A model generated the notes under the pieces. The model did no database searches, had not been told where the DNA came from, and saw only the letters and a program-made list of their open reading frames with translations. A program made the position numbers and the translations under genes. A DNA stretch of 64,000 bases, taken from IMG/VR virus record IMGVR_UViG_2791355130_000003, positions 6,000 through 69,999 of that record; one strand, 5' to 3'. The stretch is from a virus (lineage: Duplodnaviria > Caudoviricetes). Position 1 is the first letter of the stretch; each line of letters starts with the position of its first letter. Below are positions 1 through 8,701 of this stretch, piece after piece.

Positions 1-96
1 CTCTGCCAGGTCTTCGACCGTCCGGCCCTTCTCGGCCGAAATCGCCTTCATGCGAGCTGCGGTCAGCTCGTCGACATACACGGAGATGATCGGCAT
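1..96 (-). CDS. Ribbon-helix-helix-like DNA-binding protein (partial, runs off the window)
   Basis: Read manually: MPIISVYVDELTAARMKAISAEKGRTVEDLAE; start overlaps the stop of the 96..335 ORF. Confidence 0.6.
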   Translation of the reverse strand, partial: MPIISVYVDELTAARMKAISAEKGRTVEDLAE

Positions 97-335
97 CACT
101 CGCCGCCTTCGCCGCGGTCGCGCTTCCGGGCCTTGGTGATGAGCACCACCTCGCCGTTCGGGTAGATCAGCTCGACCTGCTCGTTGCGGCCGATGCCGTC
201 GAAGATTGATTGCAGGTGAAGCGTCAAGCGCTCGTTGGTCCTCTCGAGCACATCCATCTTCGCCTCGATCTGGGCACGAGCGATGCTGGCCTGGAGGTCG
301 GAGAGACGAAGCGGAGCGGTTACTTGGTCGGTCAT
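96..335 (-). CDS. Hypothetical phage protein
   Basis: 79-aa ORF, translationally coupled within the leftward operon. Confidence 0.7.
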   Translation of the reverse strand: MTDQVTAPLRLSDLQASIARAQIEAKMDVLERTNERLTLHLQSIFDGIGRNEQVELIYPNGEVVLITKARKRDRGEGGE

Positions 336-622
336 GCGGTCGTGTCCTTCTGGGGTTGAACGGGAGAAAACTCGACGGTGTTCAGGCTTTCGCCAGGATC
401 CAGCGCGAGGTCGGCGCCGGCCCTCGTAAGGCGGAAGAAATCATCGCCGCCGGTGAGGATTGAGCCTGAGCGCCGCGTCGCGTACCCGGCCTCGACCATC
501 GCCAGCCAATGCGGGTGGTCGGTGCTGCCTTCGCCGGTCACGAAATAGTTGCGGTAGGGTTCCTTGCGCCGGCCGTCGAGACCGAGGGCGTGCCGGGCAA
601 GATCGCGCTGGACCGGTGTCAT
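332..622 (-). CDS. Hypothetical phage protein (RNYF...W..MV.AG.A type)
   Basis: Start re-assigned to MTPVQRDLARHALG; overlaps both neighbours by 4 nt. Confidence 0.7.
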   Translation of the reverse strand: MTPVQRDLARHALGLDGRRKEPYRNYFVTGEGSTDHPHWLAMVEAGYATRRSGSILTGGDDFFRLTRAGADLALDPGESLNTVEFSPVQPQKDTTA

Positions 623-822
623 CGCTTCTTGTCCACCACTTCGAATGTGAACACGCCGTCCACCGCCTTCATCGTGAGATTTGAGGAGCCGGTGGAATCG
701 ATCTCGGCCACCGGCATCTCGACTTTGTTGCCGAGCCGGCGGACCAGGGCGATGATGAGCTGGCTCTTCATTGCCTCGATCACCATCTGGTGCTCGTAGG
801 AGAGGTCGCGGATGCTGGTCAT
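619..822 (-). CDS. Hypothetical phage protein
   Basis: 67-aa coupled ORF. Confidence 0.65.
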   Translation of the reverse strand: MTSIRDLSYEHQMVIEAMKSQLIIALVRRLGNKVEMPVAEIDSTGSSNLTMKAVDGVFTFEVVDKKR

Positions 823-1886
823 GCCGCCACCTGCGGCCGGGCGTTGTGCTCGACGCCGTCGAGGAGGCGGCCGGTGCGGCTCTTGCCGACTCGAGCCATG
901 TAGACATCGCCCGGAAAGAAGCTGCGCTTGCAGAGTTCTTCATCGGTGTGGTGCTCACCGTGCACAATCTCTACGCGGCCAGCTCGCACATCGCCGCCAA
1001 GGTCACCGCCTGCTGACGGCCTGTGCCGCGTCCACTCGCCGTTCTGCTTGTGATGGTAGGGGATGCCAGCGCTTGCGCATTGATCGCGCAGGCTTTGGAA
1101 CCACATCGGGTGCGTCGGCCGGGCCCGGTGCTTTCCCTGGTCTGTCTCGCCTCCCGTTATGGCCCAGCCGAGCGGCGGCAGCTTGATTGAGGGCGCGCCG
1201 AGCAGCGCGTTGAAGGTGACGATGCCCGTGCTGACCTCGGGCCAGTCGTCGAACCTGGCCGGTCCTTCATGGATAACAATCCGCGTCGGGTCTACCGGAC
1301 CGAGCAGCGGCTCGAAACTGGCGAAGGTGAATGCCGGTGAAAGGTCGCGCGCGGCGCAGGCCAGATGAAAGAGGTTGATTGCCCGCGTCTGATCCTCGAC
1401 CGTCGTGCCGATCGCGGCATTGCGCGGCCACATCGCCCGATCTCGAGGAAGTTCTGATGTCCAGCGGGTGCCATCGGCGTTGATGCGCTGAGCCTCCGCG
1501 TAAAGGCGACCGATCAACTGCGGCCGCTTGGTCAGAATGAGCCAGATCAGGCTTGGCGTTGACCGGATGATGTCGAAGAGGTCTCGTCGCCACTGGTGCG
1601 GCACCTGGTTGTCGAAGACGTCGGCGAGGCTGGAACAGAAAACGAATGGACGTGAACCTTTGGCCAACGCCGCCTTGTTCCACCTGACAGGCTGCTGCCA
1701 ATTGCCTGCCGATGTACGGGCACGGGTGCCGGGACCGGCGCCGGGCGCACCCCATTCGACGCGGCCATAGCGCGTGTCCATCAGCGCCTCGGCGTAGCAG
1801 CCGTCGCACGCCGGTGAGACTTTCATGCAGCCGATCCAGGGATTGAAGGTGTGATCGGCCCAGCTGATCGCGGTGATCTCCCCCAT
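819..1886 (-). CDS. DUF5131 / phage Gp37-Gp68 family three-Cys-motif protein
   Basis: WADHTFNPWIGCMKVSPACDGCYA, VFCSSLADVF, LILTKRP, SFEPLLG and GGET motifs. Confidence 0.9.
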   Translation of the reverse strand: MGEITAISWADHTFNPWIGCMKVSPACDGCYAEALMDTRYGRVEWGAPGAGPGTRARTSAGNWQQPVRWNKAALAKGSRPFVFCSSLADVFDNQVPHQWRRDLFDIIRSTPSLIWLILTKRPQLIGRLYAEAQRINADGTRWTSELPRDRAMWPRNAAIGTTVEDQTRAINLFHLACAARDLSPAFTFASFEPLLGPVDPTRIVIHEGPARFDDWPEVSTGIVTFNALLGAPSIKLPPLGWAITGGETDQGKHRARPTHPMWFQSLRDQCASAGIPYHHKQNGEWTRHRPSAGGDLGGDVRAGRVEIVHGEHHTDEELCKRSFFPGDVYMARVGKSRTGRLLDGVEHNARPQVAA

Positions 1887-1887
1887 G

Positions 1888-2217
1888 TCAGGATCCTCCG
1901 CCGGCGAGATCGGCAAGGTCCATCATCACCACCTTTAGCCGGAGCGATGCGTTGGGGCCGATCTCAAGTTCGACCCGCTGGACCTTGGAGACGTCGACAC
2001 CTGTCGCAGCGACCGCGCGCAGATTGCGCTGGACCGATTCCGCCTTGTCTTCGGCCACCTCCTTCTCCACCAGCGCGAGCGCCAGGCTAAAGCCGGGCAC
2101 GCGCTGGAAGTCGGGCACCTTCTTGAGTGCCTCCAGAACCTCGATCGTGGCGATGTATCGCCATACCGATGCAACATGATTGGGGTCGGTGATATCGATC
2201 AGTTGCGGGTCGTCCAT
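1888..2217 (-). CDS. Hypothetical phage protein
   Basis: Start MDDPQL preceded by GAGGAGG. Confidence 0.65.
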   Translation of the reverse strand: MDDPQLIDITDPNHVASVWRYIATIEVLEALKKVPDFQRVPGFSLALALVEKEVAEDKAESVQRNLRAVAATGVDVSKVQRVELEIGPNASLRLKVVMMDLADLAGGGS

Positions 2218-2471
2218 TATGCTGCCTCCTCGTCGGGCGTGCGGTCGGTGTAGGGCGCAAAGCCCCGGAACTGGATGCCGGTGTGGAGCAGCTCGCCCCA
2301 CTCACCCTCGCTGTCGCGGTAGATGATGCGGCGCTCGCCATAGGCGGCCAGGCATCGCTCGACGACGCGCTCGGTATCATTGGTCACGCTAGGCAGGTCT
2401 GGCCTGCAGCGGTCCACGATGAAGACCATACCGGGCGTGATAGCGAGTTCGGTGTAGCTGGCGCGCTTCAT
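2217..2471 (-). CDS. Hypothetical phage protein (SVTND.E.V / IIYRDS.G.W type)
   Basis: Coupled ORF starting MKRASY. Confidence 0.7.
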   Translation of the reverse strand: MKRASYTELAITPGMVFIVDRCRPDLPSVTNDTERVVERCLAAYGERRIIYRDSEGEWGELLHTGIQFRGFAPYTDRTPDEEAA

Positions 2472-2878
2472 CGGAAACCTCGCTGGAGCTTCGGAAAGGG
2501 CCGGCTCGGCATCTTCCTTTTCCGCTTGGTCTTTCCGGTGCGCCCCTCGAGTCGCTTGGTCTTCGCGATCTCGCGCTGGTCGACCGGTGTTTTGACGCCA
2601 TGCGTGGGCTTGTTCAGCGCCACGATGAAGTCGAGGGCGCACGATGGCGGAATGGTGTCATGCGTTTCTGGATCCCAGCGCCGTCGCTGCAGCGCCGGAT
2701 CGTGATCGAACTGAACACCGTCGAGCGGGTTGAGCCGCGCGCCGCTGGGCTCCTTGCCGCCTTGGCGCACCACGATCTCAAGCTTCTCGCGGACGCTCAG
2801 CGCGCGCGGCCGCCAGTTCTCGGGCGGACCGAGCACCTGGGCACTGTGGTCGGGAAGGATTGCGATCCGGCCGGCCAT
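2468..2878 (-). CDS. HNH-like nuclease family protein
   Basis: FDHDPAL...H..KT..D...IAK.KR pattern of phage HNH proteins; Cys ligands absent. Confidence 0.55.
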   Translation of the reverse strand: MAGRIAILPDHSAQVLGPPENWRPRALSVREKLEIVVRQGGKEPSGARLNPLDGVQFDHDPALQRRRWDPETHDTIPPSCALDFIVALNKPTHGVKTPVDQREIAKTKRLEGRTGKTKRKRKMPSRPFPKLQRGFR

Positions 2879-2880
2879 GA

Positions 2881-3987
2881 TCAGCCCGCGCTCGGCGGAG
2901 TGAGCGCAGCGAGCCGCCGCGCCTTGATCTTGTCGGCCAGCTGGCGGCTGCTCTCGTCGTCGTGGAATTGAGCCTCGACGTCGAACTCGGTCCAGATTTC
3001 CTCCACGGCCGCGGTCGACTTCGCACCTTGCAGGGCGATCTGGAAATCCTCGAAGAACTTGCCGTAGTCGAAGGTCGCTGGTTGCTCCTCCTCGGCGGCT
3101 TCTGCGCCGTCGTGCATGCCCTCGACATCCTTCTCGAAACCGTTGTCGGGGATAGGGTCGATGGCGTCGAGGCTGGGCACCGGTGGCGGCGATGGCGGGG
3201 TGAGCCTTGCCTTGGGCGCAGGTTCGTCCTGGTCGTGCTCAATCAGATCGCCGGCGATCTCGCGGGCCTCGAACTCGTCGCGGACGCCGCCAAGCACGTC
3301 GCCAAATAGCTCGCGCAGACAGAAACCAGCAGCGCGCCATTGCTTCATCCGCTTGGGATGGCGGAACCAGGAGGAATCGTTAGGCACGTCGTCCCACACA
3401 TGCTGGTTGTTTTTCCAGACCTTGCCGCGACGGGTCGGGCGTTCGTCCCAAAGGCCGGCTTGCTTGGCATCCGCGACCGAATAGGCCTCGACCTTCATTT
3501 CCCCTGTGTCGGAGCGCACCGCCTTGCACCAGCCGATGGTGCGCTCGTCGACGGTGTTCATCTGGGCAACCACATCCTTGTGCAGGCCGAGATTGAGGAG
3601 CGCCTCTTTCGTCGCATCGCGCAGATAGCCCAGCTCGACCGATTTCGCTCTGCCCGACTTTCGAACGACGTTGATCAGTCCGTCGCCGTAAAGCGCCGGC
3701 TTGCCGCCGATGACGGTAAAGCTGCGCAGCGCCACCATGGGCGGCAGGCCGAGCTCCGCGCCGGACATGATGACGATGGCCACGGCGCTGGTGCCCTTCT
3801 TGCCCCAACGCTTCCAGGCGTCGTCGCCGGCATCCTCAGCCGGCTCGCGACCGACAAGCGCCTGTGGCGCCAGACCGGCCTCGACGATCATGGTGGCGAG
3901 ACGCCAAGTTTCCTCGATCGACTGAGGGATGATGGCGCTGATCGCGCCGCCGACCATAAGGGCCGGTAACTGTGCCCGTTCGTTCAT
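2881..3987 (-). CDS. RecT-like single-strand annealing recombinase
   Basis: GAELGLPPMVALRSFTVIGGKPALYGD, DAKQAGLW, W.RHPKRM...RA..FCLR..F.D motifs; acidic/Pro-rich C-terminus. Confidence 0.8.
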   Translation of the reverse strand: MNERAQLPALMVGGAISAIIPQSIEETWRLATMIVEAGLAPQALVGREPAEDAGDDAWKRWGKKGTSAVAIVIMSGAELGLPPMVALRSFTVIGGKPALYGDGLINVVRKSGRAKSVELGYLRDATKEALLNLGLHKDVVAQMNTVDERTIGWCKAVRSDTGEMKVEAYSVADAKQAGLWDERPTRRGKVWKNNQHVWDDVPNDSSWFRHPKRMKQWRAAGFCLRELFGDVLGGVRDEFEAREIAGDLIEHDQDEPAPKARLTPPSPPPVPSLDAIDPIPDNGFEKDVEGMHDGAEAAEEEQPATFDYGKFFEDFQIALQGAKSTAAVEEIWTEFDVEAQFHDDESSRQLADKIKARRLAALTPPSAG

Positions 3988-4169
3988 TTCCGATCCTCGG
4001 GGTTGAAGCTGTTGGCGCGCCACGTCCGGCGCATCTCGTTTTGCTCGATGCGCATGTCGTTCCATGCGAACCAGAAGGCGGTGGGGACTTCGCGGAAAAG
4101 CCGCCTCAAAGCGGCGCTGATCATCACGGGGAGCCAGAAAATGACGATGGCAACGCGGACCAAGCTCAT
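3984..4169 (-). CDS. Small membrane protein
   Basis: MSLVRVAIVIFWLPV hydrophobic N-terminus; coupled. Confidence 0.55.
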   Translation of the reverse strand: MSLVRVAIVIFWLPVMISAALRRLFREVPTAFWFAWNDMRIEQNEMRRTWRANSFNPEDRK

Positions 4170-4171
4170 GG

Positions 4172-4483
4172 CTATTTGTCCACGTCGTCGAAGATCGACC
4201 GGTTGCCGTTCTCGTCGAGCAGCGTGCCGTCTGGCGCCCATACGTGCCGGCCGTTCGGATGCTTGGCCGCGCGCTGCTCGTCGGTGCGCTTGTCGATGCC
4301 GACGATCGAGATCTTGGCGACGTCGGAATGATCCTTGATCTCGGCTACCGTGACCGATGTCTCGCGGCCGCGCATCGGCACCATCACCCGGGCGCCGACA
4401 GCCACATCGAATGCGCCTGCGAAATAGTCATAAGTCTTGTCGCTCTCGCCGAATTTCACGGCGACGATCTTCTGGTGGGTCAT
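4172..4483 (-). CDS. Hypothetical phage protein (VAVKF...K.YDY type)
   Basis: Start MTHQKIVAVKF, coupled to the upstream gene. Confidence 0.7.
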   Translation of the reverse strand: MTHQKIVAVKFGESDKTYDYFAGAFDVAVGARVMVPMRGRETSVTVAEIKDHSDVAKISIVGIDKRTDEQRAAKHPNGRHVWAPDGTLLDENGNRSIFDDVDK

Positions 4484-5601
4484 GCTGCCCTCTTGTCTGG
4501 AACCCGTTCCATGCCGGCTGGCAGGGCGGCGTCTTTGTTGCGCGCGATGCGGCCGGCGATCTTCTCGACCGCCTCCCGCACCTCCGGCTCGTCTTTCAGG
4601 GCCATGACCAGCGCGTCGTAATCGGTGATGTTCGCGACCCAATAGGTGTGCAGGGACATCTTGGCGCCGGTCCTGCCGGCGAAGACCGGACGGGCTTGTG
4701 CCTCACGTGCAGCTTGCAGCGCACGCTCGCTCAGCCGCTTGGCCTCCGCCTCGGCTTCGATCTGCAAGGCCTCCTGCTCGCTCTCCTGCGCGAATGAAGA
4801 CGCGATGCCGGGGGAGGTGCTGGCTTCACGCCGGGCCTTCTCCTCCTCGACCGCGCGCGCTGCGTCGGCCGCCCGCTGCTCAGCCGCTTCTGCCTCGCGC
4901 CGAATGCGATCGGCGTCCTCGCGGGCCTTGCGCTGGCGATCCTGCTCCTGGCGGTCGAGTTCTTTCAGCCACGCTTCACCATGCTTTTTCAGCTTCTTGG
5001 CGAGGTCCTTGGCATCGGTGCGCAGATCGCGCCATTTGTCATCGACGGCGTTGCCGCCATCGAGCCAAGGGCGCTTCTCGACGTTGAATTGTTCGTCGGC
5101 CTTGTTGGCGATGCCGGCGAGCCGCTTTGCCCAGACGCCCGCCTGATCGGCCTGCTCTTGGGTGCTGATCGGCTTTTTCAGGAAGCCCTCGACCGTTTCC
5201 TTCTCGGCCGCCAGTTCCAGGGTCAGGTCGTTGTGCAGGTCGCCTGTCTTGGCAGGGAGGTTGTGCTCCTTCGAAACCGGCGGCGGGTCATCTGGCCAAG
5301 GCTCGCCGGCCAGCACGGAATGATAGAGCGCTTCGGTGATCGGGTTGCGGCAAGCATAGTTCCAGACCTTGTCGGCCTCCGCTTCCTTGCCGCCCTGCAG
5401 GCAGATGACACTGCCCGCCGCGTCGCGCCAGATGGCAACGGGAACCAGGGGCGCATCCTTGAACGGACGGTTCCTGAAAAAACCCGACTCCGGGCTGTCG
5501 GCCGAAGGGGCGAGCAGGAGCAGCTGATCGTGGGTCAGCTCGCGATATCCGCCCGCCAGCTTCAATGCCTGACGCCACCATGCGTATTGGTCCGCCGTCA
5601 T
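4480..5601 (-). CDS. Coiled-coil phage protein (Gp157/Gam-like recombination-associated)
   Basis: Long helical region, EKRPWLDGG.AVD.KW motif; first gene of the leftward operon. Confidence 0.6.
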   Translation of the reverse strand: MTADQYAWWRQALKLAGGYRELTHDQLLLLAPSADSPESGFFRNRPFKDAPLVPVAIWRDAAGSVICLQGGKEAEADKVWNYACRNPITEALYHSVLAGEPWPDDPPPVSKEHNLPAKTGDLHNDLTLELAAEKETVEGFLKKPISTQEQADQAGVWAKRLAGIANKADEQFNVEKRPWLDGGNAVDDKWRDLRTDAKDLAKKLKKHGEAWLKELDRQEQDRQRKAREDADRIRREAEAAEQRAADAARAVEEEKARREASTSPGIASSFAQESEQEALQIEAEAEAKRLSERALQAAREAQARPVFAGRTGAKMSLHTYWVANITDYDALVMALKDEPEVREAVEKIAGRIARNKDAALPAGMERVPDKRAA

Positions 5602-5627
5602 CCGTCTGTTTCCTTTTGTGTTACACG

Positions 5628-5646
5628 TGAAACCATTTTGGCAACA
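5628..5646. promoter_or_regulatory. Operator-like palindrome (degenerate TGTAACC-N5-GGTTACA)
   Basis: TGAAACCATTTTGGCAACA upstream of the leftward operon. Confidence 0.55.
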
Positions 5647-5854
5647 CAATGGGCGCGACAAAGCGGTCGCGGGGTGCAGTGCTGCTTAGATCGGGAGAAC
5701 CCGGCCGAGCTGGTGCGGGCGAATGGTGCGGGGGGTCACACCAGCCCGGCCGGGGGCACGCAGATACTCAACACATGACCGCGAGGCGTGATGGGAAAAT
5801 ACAACCAGGGGCAACTGGGCCATCGGTCTAGCGATCCTTCTGCGTGATCAGGAT

Positions 5855-5873
5855 CGTAACCGATTTGGTATCT
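5855..5873. promoter_or_regulatory. Operator-like palindrome (OL-like)
   Basis: CGTAACCGATTTGGTATCT. Confidence 0.6.
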
Positions 5874-5924
5874 TTTGCAAGGGGTGTTTCCGAAATGGTT
5901 ACACTGCGAGCAAAAAAAAGCAGA

Positions 5925-6530
5925 TCAGAGTGTGGAAATCCTGAGCCGAGCGCGGCCAATGACCTTCAAGTCCGCCGGCTGCACGGTTTCGTTGGTCGCC
6001 GCGGGGTTGTCGCTGTGGACCTGAACGGCGCCTGTCGTCGTGGGCGAAAGGTAGCGCCATTGCACCGCGCCTGCGATCTCCAGGGCGAAGAGGCCCGGTC
6101 GATTGGGGATGTTGTCGTCCAGATCGATCACAAGCGCATCCCCTTTGGCAACAATGCCATTGGCCTGGTACGCGTCGACCATCATGAACCGAAGGTTGTG
6201 GCCCTCCGAGTTCGGCAGCATCCGCGTCAAAAACTCTGGATCGATCACCAGTCCTGGCGCTGCCGGGCGGCTCTTCCCGGCGGAAATCTCGAATACGTGG
6301 CTGAATTTGCTTACGTCCACCTCCGCAAGCTCTGGAAACATAAGCTCTTCCGGCCTCACGTTGAGGTGCGGCGCGATTCGCTCTGCCCACTTCAAGGTGA
6401 GCTTGCGTCCATTGGGGCCGTCTTCTTCTTCCAAACGGCCCATCTGCGGCCTTGTGGTGCCAACGCGACGCGCCAGCTCGGCCTTGCTGATCCCAGCCTT
6501 TTCCCGGAAGTGCTTAATTCCATTCGCCAT
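5925..6530 (-). CDS. CI-like prophage repressor (XRE HTH + degenerate S24 domain)
   Basis: IKHFREKAGISKAELARRVGTTRPQMGRLE HTH; C-terminal GDALVID...SDN...VIGRA; divergent from cro. Confidence 0.88.
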   Translation of the reverse strand: MANGIKHFREKAGISKAELARRVGTTRPQMGRLEEEDGPNGRKLTLKWAERIAPHLNVRPEELMFPELAEVDVSKFSHVFEISAGKSRPAAPGLVIDPEFLTRMLPNSEGHNLRFMMVDAYQANGIVAKGDALVIDLDDNIPNRPGLFALEIAGAVQWRYLSPTTTGAVQVHSDNPAATNETVQPADLKVIGRARLRISTL

Positions 6531-6565
6531 ATCAATGCGGTAGCTCAAAACGAATTCGTGCGAAA

Positions 6566-6613
6566 CTGTGCCAATTTGGTTACAAACCTTGACGTGTAAC
6601 CAAATTGGTGACA
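6566..6613. promoter_or_regulatory. OR-like tandem operators flanking a CTTGAC -35 element
   Basis: CTGTGCCAATTTGGTTACA (6566-6584) and TGTAACCAAATTGGTGACA (6595-6613) between cI and cro. Confidence 0.8.
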
Positions 6614-6623
6614 AAACCCGGCC

Positions 6624-6860
6624 ATGGAAAACCTGCATCAACTGACGAAATGGCGTTTGGACCGCAATCTGAGCGCTGCCGACGTGGGCCGGATGATCGA
6701 TTGTACGCGGCTGACAGTCGATCGGTACGAGGCCGGCCGGATGCCCAGGCAACCATATCTCGACCGCATCGTCGTTATGTCCGACGGTGAGGTGAACGCA
6801 AACCACTGGTTGGGCAGGGAGGCGGCAGATGTCGTTGCACGGCGCCGGACTCCGGCTTGA
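6624..6860 (+). CDS. Cro-like HTH regulator
   Basis: LTKWRLDRNLSAADVGRMIDCTRLTVDRYEAGRMP; divergent from the repressor. Confidence 0.85.
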   Translation: MENLHQLTKWRLDRNLSAADVGRMIDCTRLTVDRYEAGRMPRQPYLDRIVVMSDGEVNANHWLGREAADVVARRRTPA

Positions 6861-7089
6861 CCCGAGATACGATCAGCACGGTTCCTCGTTCCGTCCGAAA
6901 TTGGTCGGCGCGTTCAACAACTTCCCAGGCCGCAACTCCAAGCGGTTTCCAGCAATCATCGTCGTGGGCCATCGGCTTTCCCCTTGCGGTTGTAGCGATG
7001 ATGGCGGGGAAATTGTTGGATGTGTCCGACAAGGCATCCGAGAATCCCGATGGGTCGTCGTTCCTTCTCCTGTTTTTTGTGAGGAATCG

Positions 7090-7380
7090 ATGCAGGACAT
7101 CGCTGCAGAGCTACAACAGGTGGTGTTCAAAGCCGCCGGAACCATCAAGCCAGGCATGGGCATCAAAGCTCAGATCAACGCCGCTTGTGACGCGCTGGGC
7201 TACCCGCGCGGCCACTGGCGGGTGAGGGAGGCCTGGTATGGCACGGCTTCCAACTGGAACGGCAAAGCCATCTTCGACCTCCTCGGCCGTTACAACCGCT
7301 TGTGCCAAAAGACTGGCTCCGATGTTGAGCCAGTTAACGATCCTGTAGCCGTCATCGCGAAAGCTTCGAACACAGGCTGA
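7090..7380 (+). CDS. Hypothetical protein at the CII position
   Basis: GAGG SD then MQDIAAEL; RVREAWYG motif. Confidence 0.6.
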   Translation: MQDIAAELQQVVFKAAGTIKPGMGIKAQINAACDALGYPRGHWRVREAWYGTASNWNGKAIFDLLGRYNRLCQKTGSDVEPVNDPVAVIAKASNTG

Positions 7381-7475
7381 TTTTGACGGAGGTGTGATTT
7401 CCTCCGCCAATTACTTCGGCCTTAGGTCCGCACGCAATGTTTCAAGTTGAAACATTCCGAGGAGGTTTAATAAAA

Positions 7476-7685
7476 ATGAAGCAGACTGACGGCGGGCAGG
7501 CGGTAAACGGTGAAGTAAAGACAGTTATGGCCGGGTTTTGTCAAACAGCAAGAAGCATTGGATCGGCTGCCGCCGAGCGAAGTGCAACTGTGCATCTTGT
7601 AGCAGCAGCGGCATATCTGGGAGAAACCGTCGGCCCCACCATGACTAAACAGATCCTGTCGGCGGTAATGGCGTCGATCGGATAG
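7476..7685 (+). CDS. Hypothetical protein (lower GC)
   Basis: GGAGG SD before MKQTDGG. Confidence 0.5.
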   Translation: MKQTDGGQAVNGEVKTVMAGFCQTARSIGSAAAERSATVHLVAAAAYLGETVGPTMTKQILSAVMASIG

Positions 7686-7765
7686 GCAATGAACTACCAG
7701 ATAGAACGGCAATACCATTTGTAGCTTGTAGGATTGCCGCTCCTCGCAGTTGAGAGAGCGACGGC

Positions 7766-8701
7766 ATGACTATCATTACCCGCAAGCGTGCGGACCAGTA
7801 CGCCATCATCCCGAACGCTGTCGCCAGTGACGACAGGCTGACGTTCGAGGAGCGTGGCGTGCTGGTCTACTTGCTGGCGAAGCCGCACGACTGGAACGTG
7901 TCGGTCAAGAACCTCCAGAACCAGGGGGGCATCGGCCGCGACAAGGTCTATCGGATCCTCCAGAAGCTGGAGGAGGTCGGCTATCTCAAGCGCGAACAGA
8001 CCAAGAGCTCAGACGGCCGCTTCGGGGCCTACAATTACATCGTCCATGATGATGCTGTGCCCGAGAGCCTGCCGCTGCCGCGTCCTGAAAATCAGGAAGC
8101 GGGCGCACCGCGTCCTGAAAACACGGAAACGGCCTCACCGCTTCCTGAAAAACCGGTAACTGGAAATCCGCTTAACGGTGAAGCCGACACATACAAAGAA
8201 CCTATTGAACAAAATCTACCCCCCTCACCCCCTTCCAGGGGGGGTCTTGGAGATGATTTTGGGAAATTGGTTTCTGGCTATCCAGCGGACAAGGTAGGCG
8301 ATCTCGACACTGCGTTAAGGGCCTACCGCGGTCTGACCGACGTCGAGCGGGGTCAGGCGTCGGCATGCATGGCGCTGTTCGTCCGCGCCATGATCCTGCG
8401 CGGTGTTCGCGTGCCGAAGCTTGCGACATACCTCAGCGAGCGTCGGTTCGCCGAGTTCGATGGCGCTCCCGACATCGACAAGGACGGGCATTTCGTCATC
8501 ACACCGGATCGGCCGGAGTGGCGGGATTGGCTGGGCTCGATCCGCGCCAAGTACGGCGAAGCCGGCGTGCAGACGTCGATCCGTCATCGAAAAATCGTGA
8601 GAGAGACACGCTGGCCACCCGATCTTTCGCTTGCCAATGGTGTAACCAATTTGGCAACATCTGGAACCAGAACGGATACTGCTTCGGCGGCTCGGGCATG
8701 A
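7766..8701 (+). CDS. Phage replication initiator (N-terminal winged helix)
   Basis: YAIIPN...D.RLTFEERGVLVYLLAKPHDW...GRDKVYRIL..LEEVGYL; internal iterons. Confidence 0.85.
   Translation: MTIITRKRADQYAIIPNAVASDDRLTFEERGVLVYLLAKPHDWNVSVKNLQNQGGIGRDKVYRILQKLEEVGYLKREQTKSSDGRFGAYNYIVHDDAVPESLPLPRPENQEAGAPRPENTETASPLPEKPVTGNPLNGEADTYKEPIEQNLPPSPPSRGGLGDDFGKLVSGYPADKVGDLDTALRAYRGLTDVERGQASACMALFVRAMILRGVRVPKLATYLSERRFAEFDGAPDIDKDGHFVITPDRPEWRDWLGSIRAKYGEAGVQTSIRHRKIVRETRWPPDLSLANGVTNLATSGTRTDTASAARA
8078..8250 (+). repeat. Replication-origin iterons (30-bp period) followed by an A-rich tract and C/G inverted repeat
   Basis: CCGCGTCCTGAAAA at 8078 and 8108, CCGCTTCCTGAAAA at 8138, degenerate CCGCTT at 8168. 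Confidence 0.75.
8641..8659. promoter_or_regulatory. Operator palindrome inside the 3' end of the rep gene
   Basis: TGTAACCAATTTGGCAACA, an AT-rich island in GC-rich coding sequence. Confidence 0.7.

Noticed and set aside
1051-1063. TGATGGTAGGGGA resembling the leader motif
   Set aside because: Lies inside DUF5131 coding sequence (IPYHH codons), is imperfect and is not near a start codon.
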